From: Macrostomum hystrix
Lineage: Eukaryota; Animalia; Platyhelminthes
Assembly (NCBI GenBank): GCA_950097015.1
Contig: CATNEN010000037.1
Coordinates: 62,001 to 126,000 of the forward strand
DNA length: 64,000 nucleotides
Direction of reading: 5' to 3'
A program made the translations under genes and the position numbers. Every line of letters starts with the position of its first letter. Position 1 is the first letter of the stretch. The notes under the pieces were generated by a model, which saw only the letters and a program-made list of their open reading frames with translations, ran no database searches and was not told the origin of the DNA. Of this stretch, positions 24,830 through 35,486 are shown one piece after another.

Positions 24830-26370
24830 ACTGTGTTAGCCCCAGATTACCTAAATTATACTGTGTTAGCCTTTGATTACCCCAACTGTGTTAGCCTTTG
24901 ATTACCCCAACTGTGTTAGCCTTTGATTACCTCAACTGTGTTAGCCTTTGATTACCCCAACTGTGTTAGCCTTTGATTACCCCAACTGTGTTAGCCTTTG
25001 ATTACCCCAACTGTGTTAGCCTTTGATTACCCCAACTGTGTTAGCCTTTGATTACCCCAACTGTGTTAGCCTTTGATTACCCCAACTGTGTTAGCCTTTG
25101 ATTACCCCAACTGTGTTAGCCTTTGATTACCCCAACTGTGTTAGCCTTTGATTACCCCAACTGTGTTAGCCTTTGATTACCCCAACTGTGTTAGCCCCAG
25201 ATTACCCCAACTGTGTTAGCCTTTGATTACCCCAACTGTGTTAGCCTTTGATTACCCCAACTGTGTTAGCCTTTGATTACCCCAACTGTGTTAGCCTTTG
25301 ATTACCCAACTGTGTTAGCCTTTGATTACCCCAACTGTGTTAGCCTTTGATTACCCCAACTGTGTTAGCCTTTGATTACCCCAACTGTGTTAGCCTTTGA
25401 TTACCTCAACTGTGTTAGCCTTTGATTACCCCAACTGTGTTAGCCTTTGATTACCCCAACTGTGTTAGCCTTTGATTACCCCAACTGTGTTAGCCTTTGA
25501 TTACCCCAACTGTGTTAGCCTTTGATTACCCCAACTGTGTTAGCCTTTGATTACCCAAACTGTCTTAGCCTTTGATTACCCCAACTGTGTTAGCCTTTGA
25601 TTACCCAACTGTGTTAGCCTTTGATTACCCCAACTGTGTTAGCCTTTGATTACCCCAACTGTGTTAGCCTTTGATTACCCAAACTGTCTTAGCCATTGAT
25701 TACCTCAACTGTGTTAGCCCTTGATTACCTCAACTGTGTTAGCCTTTGATTACCTCAACTGTGTTAGCCTTTGATTACCTCAACTGTGTTAGCCTTTGAT
25801 TACCCCAACAGTGTTAGCCTTTGATTACCTCAACTGTGTTAGCCTTTGATTACCCCAACAGTGTTAGCCTTTGATTACCTCAACTGTGTTAGCCTTTGAT
25901 TACCCCAACTGTGTTAGCCCTTGATTACCTCAACTGTGTTGGCCTTTGATTACCCCAACTGTGTTAGCCCCAGATTACCTAAATTATACCGCGTTAGCCT
26001 ATGATTACCCCAACTGTGTTAGCCTTTGATTACCCCAACTGTGTTAGCCCCAGATTACCTAAATTATACCGTGTTAGCCTATGATTACCCCAACTGTGTT
26101 AGCCCTTGATTACCCCAACTGTGTTAGCCTTTGATTACCCCAACTGTGTTAGCCCCAGATTACCTTAATTATACCGTGTTAGCCTATGATTACCCCAACT
26201 GTGTTAGCCCCAGATTACCTAAATTATACCATGTTAGCCTATGATTACCCCAACTGTGTTAGCCTTTGATTACCTCAATTATCTCGACCGTGTTAGCTTA
26301 TGATTACCCCAATTATCCCGACCGTGTTAGTCTATGATTACCCCAATTATCCCGACTGTGTTAACACGGC
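24830..26370. repeat. 25-bp tandem satellite (CTGTGTTAGCCTTTGATTACCCCAA), about 60 copies, intergenic
   Basis: Period 25 read directly; variant units (CCCAGATTACCTAAATTATACC) cluster at both edges. Confidence 0.97.
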
Positions 26371-26962
26371 TTTGTTTGCCACTACGTGTATGTACTTGTA
26401 CTTGAATAATAATAAAAAATCCTATAAGAAGTTTTTGTTGAATACAATTTAATTTTTCTAATGCCCGTATTCAGACAGAAGACAAATATTACGCTGAACA
26501 AGTTGTAAAAGCAGAAGGGAACAGTATTTTTCTGTAGATTTTTTTATTTAATTAATAAATTCTTTCTTAGAAAATAAAACACATTGCGCCCTCGAGACAC
26601 GATGTTGTAAAAGCTAGCAATTAAAGCATTTAAACAGTGACCAGAAACACAAGACCATCCAATTACGAGCTACAAAGTTTTTTTAATACGAATATCTTGG
26701 GTCCCAGCTAAGGCTTGAAATCGTGACAAAATTGCTCTGCGGCACGAAAACACGTTGAGTTCTCCAGCCAAGAACTGGTTCACTGCATTCTCTCGAATCC
26801 TCTGTTGGTCGAATATGGGATCCGTTTACTGAAGACACTATTTAAATAGATACAACTAAACACAATAAAATCCCAGCCCTAAAGCAATTGAATTTACTAA
26901 ATTAGACGCAGAAAAAAGCACCACAATTATATATATTTTTAAAAAGGACGGCAAAGTTAACG

Positions 26963-29900
26963 ATGCGATGCTTTGGAAATCTTCTATGGCTGCTGCTGCT
27001 GCTGCTGCTGTGCGCGCAGTCAACTCTGGCTGCGAGTGTGTCCAGGGCTGCCGGCTTCAACAATATTGGCATCAGCAGCGGAAATCTTCCAGAGGGACTC
27101 ACTCAGTCAGGTGAGAATCGTTTTGGCAGTTAGCTTTAACTGTAGCCCAGTTGTTGCTGGTAGGCAGGTTGAGTAGGGAAAGCAGATTGGGTATGGAAGG
27201 CAGATTGGGTATGGAAGGCAGGTTGGGTAGGGAAGGCAGATTGGGTAGGGAAGGGAGATCGGGTAGGGAAGGCAGATTGGGTATGGAAGGCAGGTTGGGT
27301 AGGAAAGGCAGATTGGGTAGGGAAGGCAGATTGGGTAGTGAAGGGAGATTGGGTAGGGAAGGCAGGTTGGGTAGGGAAGGCAGGTTGGGTAGGGAAGGCA
27401 GGTTGGGTAGGGAAGGCAGATTGGGTAGGGAAGGGAGATTGGGTAGGGAAGGCAGATTGGGTAGGGAAGGCAGATTGGGTAGGGAAGCCAGATTAGGTAG
27501 GGAAGGCAGATTGGGTAGGGAGGGCCGATTGGGTAGGGAAGGGAGATTGGGTAGGGAAGGCAGATTGGGTAGGGAAGGCAGATTGGGTAGGGAGGGCCGA
27601 TTGGGTAGGGAAGGGAGATTGGGTAGGGAAGGCAGATTGGGTAGGGAAGGCAGATTAGGATTTGGAAGGGAGGGCAGATTGGGTAAGCAGATCGGGTAGT
27701 GAAGGGAAGGATAGACACGTGAGGCAGTGGAATCGCTATCAGGTATTTAATTACAGCAGAGTAGCATGAAAATGTGAACGCTATTTTTCTAATCAGAATA
27801 AATGAAAATTAGATGAGCTAAATTCTGCGATCTGATGAATTGCTGCTCATGTCTCGAGTTTATTGTAGAAATGACTCAAGAATGACAGTCAAAGTAGATT
27901 CACATGGATTGCTGTTGCTTTATGCTGAGCGGTGCTTGGCATTTTTACATTTCTGGCGTTTTGGTTGTCATGGAAATACCCCGGCGAATTGTTTTTTTCT
28001 CTCGCTTTCCTCGGTTTTTTTTAACCCCGATATCTCTGCTCAACCCGCACATTCTGCGGAGATGGGACTGGGGGAGAAGAGGAGCGGCTCACTGGTGGGG
28101 TGGGGCTGGGAGGAATTTTTCAATTCGATTTTAAAGTGGCAACTCGAGACAATGAGTCAGCCGCTCCCGGCTTCTAACTGCAAGCGGCAAGCAATGATCC
28201 TTAGCATTTGCTACTCAATTTCTGCTCTGCTGCTGCTGCCGACGTTGCTTCTGGAAAACGGTAAGTCTCCTTTTGAGTACATAATCTGTACAATTGAATC
28301 TGGTGTCTGTCAGATGGAATCTGGTGTCTGTCAGATGGAATCTGGTGCCTGTCAGATGGAATCTGGTGTCTTTCAGACGGAATCCGGTGTCTGTCAGATG
28401 GAATCTGGTGTCTTTCAGACGGAATCCGGTGTCTGTCAGATGGAATCTGGTGCCTGTCAGATGGAATCTGGTGTCTGTCAGATGGAATCTGGTGCCTGTC
28501 AGATGGAATCTGTTGCCTGTCAGATGGAATCTGGTGTCTGTCAGATGGAATCTAGTGTCTGTCAGATGGAATCTGGTGCCTGTCAGATGGAATCTGGTGC
28601 CTGTCAGATGGAATCTGGTGCCTGTCAGATGGAATCTGGTGCCTGTCAGATGGAATCTGGTGCCTGTCAGATGGAATCTGGTGCCTGTCAGATGGAATCT
28701 GTTGTCCGTCAGACGGAATCTAGTGTCTGTCAGATGGAATCTGGTGTCCGTCAGACGGAATCTGGTGTCTGTCAGATCGTATTCAAACGGTCCAGTTTGA
28801 CATCGCAGGCATCGCCACGGCCAGCCCATGCGGCACCAACTGGACCTACGATAGCGCCATCGGCTGGTGCCTGAGGCAGTACCAGCTGAAGCTGAACTGG
28901 ACGGACGCCAGGGCCTACTGCGACAGCCAGCGTGGCGCGGCTGTGGGCGCCAGAACTGCCGGATCTCGACTGGGAACTGCGAACTTCGCGAACGAGTCAG
29001 CCGCTATGAGGCAATTTCTGACCCGGCTGGGCAACTATGCGGACATCTGGGTGGCCGGCAGACGAGGTGGGTGTCCGGATCGTTGGTTTGAGGTGTCCGG
29101 GGCAAACTATATTAAATTTAATGAAAAAAAACTATTTTTCAGAGAGCGCAAGCTCGCCCTACCTATGGATTGATCGTTCGCCGCCAAACAATGTGACCTC
29201 CAGTTGGACGGCAAATCCAGGAAATAAAAATTGCATCTACATGTCACTGGTAGACTCAATGGACGGCTCAGAGTGGAGAACAGAAGTACTTCTGAGCACA
29301 GCCGATTGTTCAGAAACCAAGCGATTTCTCTGCTACTACGAAGGTGCGGAAGTAATGATCAGTTAGTCTAGTGTCAGTTAACATTCATTATCAGTTCCTA
29401 ATCATCCCCAGATCAGGTCCTCATGATTCTCAGACCAGGATCTTACGATCCTGAGACCAGTTTCTCATGATGCTCATATCAGGTTCTCATGATTCTCAGA
29501 CCAGGTTCTCATGTGTCAGACTAAGTTCTCATGATTCTCATATCAAGTTCTCACGATTCTCATATCAAGTTCTCACGATTCTCATATCAAGTTCTCACGA
29601 TTCTCATATCAGATTCTCATGATACTCATATCAGGTTCTCATGATACTCATATCAGGTTCTCATGATACTCGTATTAGGTTCTCAGGATTCCCATATCAG
29701 GTTCTCATGATTCTCATATCAGGTTCTCATGATTCTCAGACCAGGTTCTCATGATGTCAGACCAGGTTCTCATGATGTCAGACCAGGTTCTCATGATGTC
29801 AGACCAGGTTCTCATGATGTCATACCAGGTTCTCATGATGTCAGACCAGGTTCTCATGATGTCAGACCAGGTTCTCATGATGTCAGACCAGGTTCTCATG

Positions 29901-32900
29901 ATGTCAGACCAGGTTCTCATGATGTCAGACCAGGTTCTCATGATGTCAGACCAGGTTCTCATGATGTCAGACCTGGTACTCATGCCCTGGCAAATCCGGT
30001 ATTTGCAGCCAAAAGTTGCAATCTGCTCAATCTGGTGGGCTACAATCCGGACTCCATGAACCTCCAGCCGCGGGCCGCTCACATCGGCGAAGCCACAGTC
30101 GCCAACTGTCGCGAAGGCTACTACCGCCGCTCGGCAATGGAAGCGGCCGCCTTGGCCGCAGTGTTTGGCAGCAGGCTGCTCACAACGACAGCTTCTCCGG
30201 ACAATCTGCCAGCGCCTAACAGCGTCAACTGCACGGACGCTGCACGCAGCGACGATCCAGAACTGGTGTCGCCGACTTGGATTCAGGGCACCATCGAACA
30301 GTGTCTGCGTGAGTGCCACGAAAGACTATTTTTGGATTGGAGAGAAAATAGACCCTACACAGCCTACTAAAAGTAGACGAAAAGCTAAATAAAAAGGGAT
30401 GTCAACTAAGGGCTCTAGAGGTCAACTAGAGGTCAATCCTAGAACCAAACCGACTGAGATCAGTAGCTGGTCAATCAAGGTTAACCACTCTGGCACTCAC
30501 CTCCCTCGCATAGCCTGATATCTCGGCTCTCCCGCAGTGGTTGGCTGTCCAATCGACCCCCTGATCGAGCTGGGCATCGACAACTCCCTGGCCTTCAGCG
30601 ATGCCCTGACAAAAACCGGCTACAAGTTCGGGGAGGGCTTCAACGTGACCTGCAAGCACGGCTACGTGGCCTCGGCGGATCCCAGCTCCAAAGTGGCCAG
30701 GGTCACCTGCTTCCAGGATCCCAGCCTGCCCTGGCTCGGCCTCTGGCTGCCTTCGGCTTCGAATGTCTGCGCTCCGATCAAATGCACCGACATTCGCACA
30801 GTGCTGGCCAACTATAGCGGAGTGCACCCCGCCAAGGCCTACAACCAGGAACTGAACCGCTGGTTTTCGGAGCTGGAGGTCAACAGATTCTCTACTTATT
30901 CGTCGGAGGTGTACATCACCTGCAACTCGGTCGGCTTGTTCTTCCAGGACCAGAAATACGAGAGACAGCTGGCCTGTCTGGCCGAGAATGACTCCAGCAC
31001 AACGGCCAACTGGGTGGGCGTTCGGGGCACATTCAGCATTGGAAACGTCATTCAGAATATTCGCTGCATTGGTGAGTCCATCAAGAGCATGGTCCTGTTT
31101 TTGTTATCATGGGGGTGCAAATAGTACGACAAGCCTCCCAAGTCTTCTCTCCTCTTAACAAAAGCCACAAATATTGGCTTTCTATTGAGTGTAATGTTAG
31201 TTTTTATATTATTGAACCAATATCGGTTGTCGTTCTGAGCAGGGCCTTCGACAGAAATAATCGCTGAATATCTCGACAATGCTGACGTCGGACGGCATTG
31301 AAAGTTAGTTCATCGTGAAGGGCCGAAAAGTTGAATACAATGTGGTGGACTTTAATCGGTCATTCGGTTTGGGAGCTATCGGCACTGGGTGTTAACGTGG
31401 TCCTGGAGATAACGTGTTCTCAATACTGTTAATCTGAGCTAAGGATTTTTGGTCCGAGAGTGGCCTATTTTTCTAAGCTTTATTTTTCCCAATATTAAAA
31501 TACTTTTTTGCAGAGGTGGTTTGCAACCTGGTGGACCTATTCCATCTCATGGAGGAAGGCGGCTCAGTGGTGGACCTACTGGTTGGCTACCACATCAACG
31601 AGGGCATTATGATGTATGACGCTCGAACCAATACGCTGAACAATCTCACCCGATTCCAAATGAGCTCAGTTGGTTCCCTGCTATTTGGCAGCTATATTTC
31701 TGTCACCTGTCCACCAGACAGACTATTTGTGCAGTCTGGCACAGACCAGATCAATCTAGTTCTTAACCTGGTTCAAATGACCATTACCTGCTCCAAGACT
31801 GGCAAATGGAATCAAACGATTGGAATGTGCATTGGTGAGTAGTGAAATTTAATTCTAGCTTACTTAAGGCTAGATTAATGATGCCAGCATTTTAGGTGTG
31901 ATTTCTATTGGCTGACAAAGGATAGAGTTGTAGCTCAGTTCCGATTGGCTGATGGGGTAAAGAGTTTTAGCGCGATATTTATTGGCTTAGAGGTAGAAAG
32001 TTTGGGCACGATTTCTATTGGTTGATAAGAGATAAAATTGACGCTCAGTTTTGATTGGCTGATGGGGGTGACGAGTTTAAGCGTGTTTTTTGTCAGAGAA
32101 GGGGCAGAAAAGTTAGCACAGGATTTCGATTGGTTGATGGTGGGGTGGATTGAATTAAAGTAATGCTTTCGATTGGTCGATACTAAGGTTGGTCAGAAAG
32201 TTAAGCACTAATGTTTTCAGTAAAGGAACACCTCTGTTTGCTTTCCAGAGAAGACAGCCGCAATTCAACTGTCGGGCCGACAGAAGCAATACGTTCCACC
32301 GGCTAAGGAGGCCACAGCAGCTTGGCAGATGGGCATGGTCACCATCAGCATAGTGATTGTGTTCTTCGCTTGCATAGTGATTCTAGATCTGGCCACTATT
32401 AAGCGAGATTTCAGCCTGCTCAAGACTAACGTGTTCTATCTGAGAATGCGACTAAAGCAGATTTAAATTCGGCTAGTCGAAGAAACAATATTATTGATCG
32501 AGAGGAAACAAAAACGTCAAAGTTTTATTAAAATCCTACTTTAAAATCCTACTACCGCCGAAATAAAAAAAAAATCTTAAATATCCTTATCCCAAATTAT
32601 CTAAATATACGGTACAATCATATTTCCTATAGAAACACTCTTTTAGATGAAACTGCCTTCGCAATTGCAGCTATCCAGTATTGAGAGTTTTGTCTTGCTT
32701 ATTTTCTGTGCTCTTATTTCAGAATATGTTTCGTCTATTTTAACTGTAATTAAAAAATTCAATTCTAAATGCATATCTTTATTTAAACATGCTTTGCAGG
32801 CAGGCTCAGAGCGTTTCTAGTGTGCCGGAAGGAGTGCATTGCCAAGTGTGACCGACTCGTGTATATTTACTCAGAGAAGAAGGTGAGTAAGCGATTTTTA

Positions 32901-34644
32901 TCGATTTGTAACAATTTCTTAGAAGGTTCTATGATTGGTCGCTGACAAACAATCTGTAGCCAATCAAATTTTAAAGGTTGATTAAAACTTAAGTTGGTTC
33001 CTAATATTTTTTGTATTACATGTCGATCCAACACTTGAAATGTAGTATCTAAATTATCTAAAATAATTTTTTAGGAGTTCTGCCACGAATGCCTGAAGCA
33101 ATGCATCTCGGCTGTGGTGCAGCAGGCGCGCAGTTTAGGGGTGAGTCACCAATTCTTAAACTATCCGAGTCTATAGAATATGTGTGAATCAAGAATATGT
33201 GTGAATCTAGAATATGTGTGAATCTAGAATTTGCGTGAATCTAGAATATGTGTGAATCTAGAATATCTGTGAATCTAGAATATGTGTGAATCTAGAATAT
33301 CTGTGAATCTAGAATATGTGTGAATCTAGAATATGTGTGAATCTAGAATATCTGTGAATCTAGAATGCCTGTGAATCTAGAATATGTGTGAATCTAGAAT
33401 TTGCGTGAATCTAGAATGCCTGTGAATCTAGAATATCTGTGAATCTAGAATATGTGTGAATCTAGAATATGTGTGAATCTAGAATATGTGTGAATCTAGA
33501 ATATGTGTGAATCTAGAATATCTGTGAATCTAGAATGCCTGTGAATCTAGAATATGTGTGAATCTAGAATTTGCGTGAATCTAGAATGCCTGTGAATCTA
33601 GAATATCTGTGAATCTAGAATATGTGTGAATCTAGAATATCTGTGAATCTAGAATGCCTGTGAATCTAGAATGCCTGTGAATCTAGAATGCCTGTGAATC
33701 TAGAATATCTGTGAATCTAGAATATCTGTGAATCTAGAATATCTGTGAATCTAGAATATTTGTGAATCTAGAATATCTGTGAATCTAGAATATCTGTGAA
33801 TCTAGAATATCTGTGAATCTAGAATATCTGTGAATCTAGAATACCTGTGAATCTAGAATATGTGTGAATCTAGAATATGTGTGAATCTAGAATATCTGTG
33901 AATCTAGAATATCTGTGAATCTAGAATACCTGTGAATCTAGAATATGTGTGAATCTAGAATATGTGTGAATCTAGAATATCTGTGAATCTAGAATATCTG
34001 TGAATCTAGAATATCTGTGAATCTAGAATATCTGTGAATCTAGAATATCTGTGAATCTAGAATATCTGTGAATCTAGAATACCTGTGAATCTAGAATATC
34101 TGTGAATCTAGAATATCTTTGAATCTAGAATATCTGTGAATCTAGAATATCTGTGAATCTAGAATATCTGCGAATCTAGAATACCTGTGAATCTAGAATA
34201 TCTGTGAATCTAGAATACCTGTGAATCTAGAATATCTGTGAATCTAGAATATCTGTGAATCTAGAATATCTGAGAATATAGAATATCTGTGAAGCATGTT
34301 CAACTTAAATTCTCCACCCACAGGTGGACCTGAACGAGGCTGACAGCAGCCTGGAGCCGCAGCATCGACCCCAGATGTTCTCTGACTCGGCCTCCTTGTC
34401 GACATCAGCCGCAGCGTTTGGCATTGGCGGCGGTGGTCGTCGCGAGCGTCGCGATAAGGACAGGGACAGGCAGCGCGAGGAGCGGCGGCGCAAGCGACGT
34501 CGTCAGCGTCAGCGGGAGAGGGAGAGGGAGAGAAACAGCCGTAAACGACGTCGCGGCGCCGAAGACGGTGGAGGAGCAGCTGGCGGAAGCGGCGGCGCAG
34601 CGGCAGCTCAGGGCGGCCTGCTGAAGAACTGCATCGTGCACTGA
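26963..34644 (+). CDS. Small secreted 6-Cys protein with Arg/Glu-rich tail (205 aa); exons 26963-27110, 32800-32882, 33075-33140, 34324-34644
   Basis: Exon 1 MRCFGNLLWLLLLLLLCAQSTLA... ends G|GTGAGA (phase 1). Exons 2-4 have canonical AG/GTGAGT ends and phases 1-0, 0-0, 0-stop that join without stops: ...GRLRAFLVCRKECIAKCDRLVYIYSEKKEFCHECLKQCISAVVQQARSLGVDLNE... Linkage of exon 1 to exon 2 across the lectin gene is inferred. Confidence 0.6.
27160..27700. repeat. 18-bp G-rich minisatellite (GGGTAGGGAAGGCAGATT), about 29 copies, intronic
   Basis: Direct reading; source of the spurious GREGRL / PYPICL ORFs. Confidence 0.97.
28194..32466 (+). CDS. Type I membrane protein: signal peptide, C-type lectin domain, four sushi/CCP-like domains, TM, short tail (632 aa); exons 28194-28260, 28809-29066, 29143-29343, 30009-30308, 30538-31071, 31514-31834, 32249-32466
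   Basis: All six introns GT-AG and phase 1; internal exons are multiples of 3 (258, 201, 300, 534, 321). CTLD motifs CGTNW..WCL..WTDARAYC..L..IWVAG..W.DRS..C..W..DCSETKRFLC. Sushi-like NCREGY..C..W..C, GEGFNVTCKHGY, ITCSKTGKWNQTIGMC. TM WQMGMVTISIVIVFFACIVIL; stop TAA at 32464-32466. Confidence 0.85.
28296..28776. repeat. 21-bp minisatellite (GAATCTGGTGCCTGTCAGATG), about 23 copies, fills intron 1 of the lectin gene
   Basis: Direct reading; lies between donor 28261 and acceptor 28808. Confidence 0.97.
29400..29975. repeat. 21-bp minisatellite (TCAGACCAGGTTCTCATGATG), degenerate at the left end, fills intron 3 of the lectin gene
   Basis: Direct reading; between donor 29344 and acceptor 30008. 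Confidence 0.95.
31240..31400. repeat. Dispersed repeat, second copy at about 37730-37880
   Basis: Shared GCTGAATATCT..ATGCT(G/A)ACGTCG(G/A)ACGGCATTGAAAGTTAGTT(C/T)ATCGT..GGTGGACTTT..AATCGGTCATTCGGTTTGG at both loci; class unknown. Confidence 0.75.
32562..32567 (+). terminator. Candidate polyadenylation signal AATAAA of the lectin-sushi gene
   Basis: AATAAA 95 nt after the stop codon and 230 nt before the next exon acceptor (32799). Confidence 0.45.
33175..34290. repeat. 17-bp minisatellite (GAATCTAGAATATCTGT), about 65 copies, fills intron 33141-34323
   Basis: Direct reading; each unit contains palindromic TCTAGA. Confidence 0.97.
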
Positions 34645-34794
34645 GCTGTGCTTGAGCTGAACTTGGTTGCCAAAACTCAACTCACTCTCTTCATTTTTGG
34701 AACATCTTTGAGTTGTGAGTAGCAGAGAATTCTTTGATAGCCTGTCTGATAGATGGATGTAATTCAAATCTAACCCAGGTAAAAATTTTCAGTC

Positions 34795-34870
34795 CATGAC
34801 CTATGAGACTCGAACCAATGACCTATCAGTTAAGATTTTGCAACTATAAACCAACGGGCTAATACCCTAC
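34795..34870 (-). ncRNA. Degenerate tRNA-like sequence (tRNA pseudogene or SINE head)
   Basis: Minus strand GGGTATTAGCCCGTTGGTT...CTTAACTGATAGGTCATTGGTTCGAGTCTCATAGG has A-box and T-loop (GGTTCGAGTC) motifs, but stems pair poorly; not called as a functional tRNA. Confidence 0.3.
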
Positions 34871-35486
34871 TGAGTAAATCCGCTATCGACAGACTTTACT
34901 AATAACCTGTTACACACAATCAGTTACAGATACCAACTGTTTGTTTTTTTCATACTTTCTGCTATCATAATTGTTTAATTATTTTATACTCGCAATTTAA
35001 GTACTTAACTGTATATTTACTTAATGTCATACATCACACACAATATCTTGATTTTAAGTCGTAAAATTCTAAACGCTAATTCGATGAAAAAGTTATAGAA
35101 AGCTCTTTTTGACACATTTCTGACGTGAAAATTATTTTCTGATTTACAATGCAAAGTACAGACGCAACATCTATGAATGACACGCTTGCTTATCTCGAAC
35201 TGTTTTAATCTATAAAAAATATTATTAAGACATGATGCAACACGACACAATTACCATTTTCTTAGAAACAAGCTCAATAAACGAATTAAAAAAGTCACTT
35301 TTTAACTCACTCTCACTCTCACCGAAAAAATGCCAAATAGACAAATAAGTAAAAAAGTAAAAAAGAAGAAGAAAATCAATAAATAAATAAGTGTACACAC
35401 GCTTGTACATATTAATAAGGCTAAAATTCGAAGAATTTGTGAAAAAACGATCCAGCACAGTTTTACTCATTCTGCCTTAAAAACTA

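Noticed and set aside
24830-26370. CRISPR-like appearance of this and other 25-32-bp arrays
   Set aside because: Units are head-to-tail with no unique spacers, no cas genes, and the context is eukaryotic.
27107-27718. ORFs with GREGRL / PYPICL repeats as collagen-like or structural proteins
   Set aside because: Pure translation of an 18-bp array, open on both strands, lying after a canonical donor at 27111.
27840-28874. 344-aa ORF with ESGACQM heptads (secreted Cys-repeat protein if intron 1 is retained)
   Set aside because: A stop-free 21-mer stays open by chance; strong donor (GTAAGT) and acceptor flank it, and splicing gives a proper CTLD. Cannot be fully excluded without RNA data.
29729-30008. 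RPGSHDV repeats in frame with the sushi exon
   Set aside because: Good acceptor TTTGCAG at 30008 in the required phase; upstream units contain stops.
34630-34644. C-terminal CIVH as a CaaX prenylation motif
   Set aside because: Incompatible with a signal-peptide protein, His is an unusual X residue, and the last exon is the least certain part of the model.
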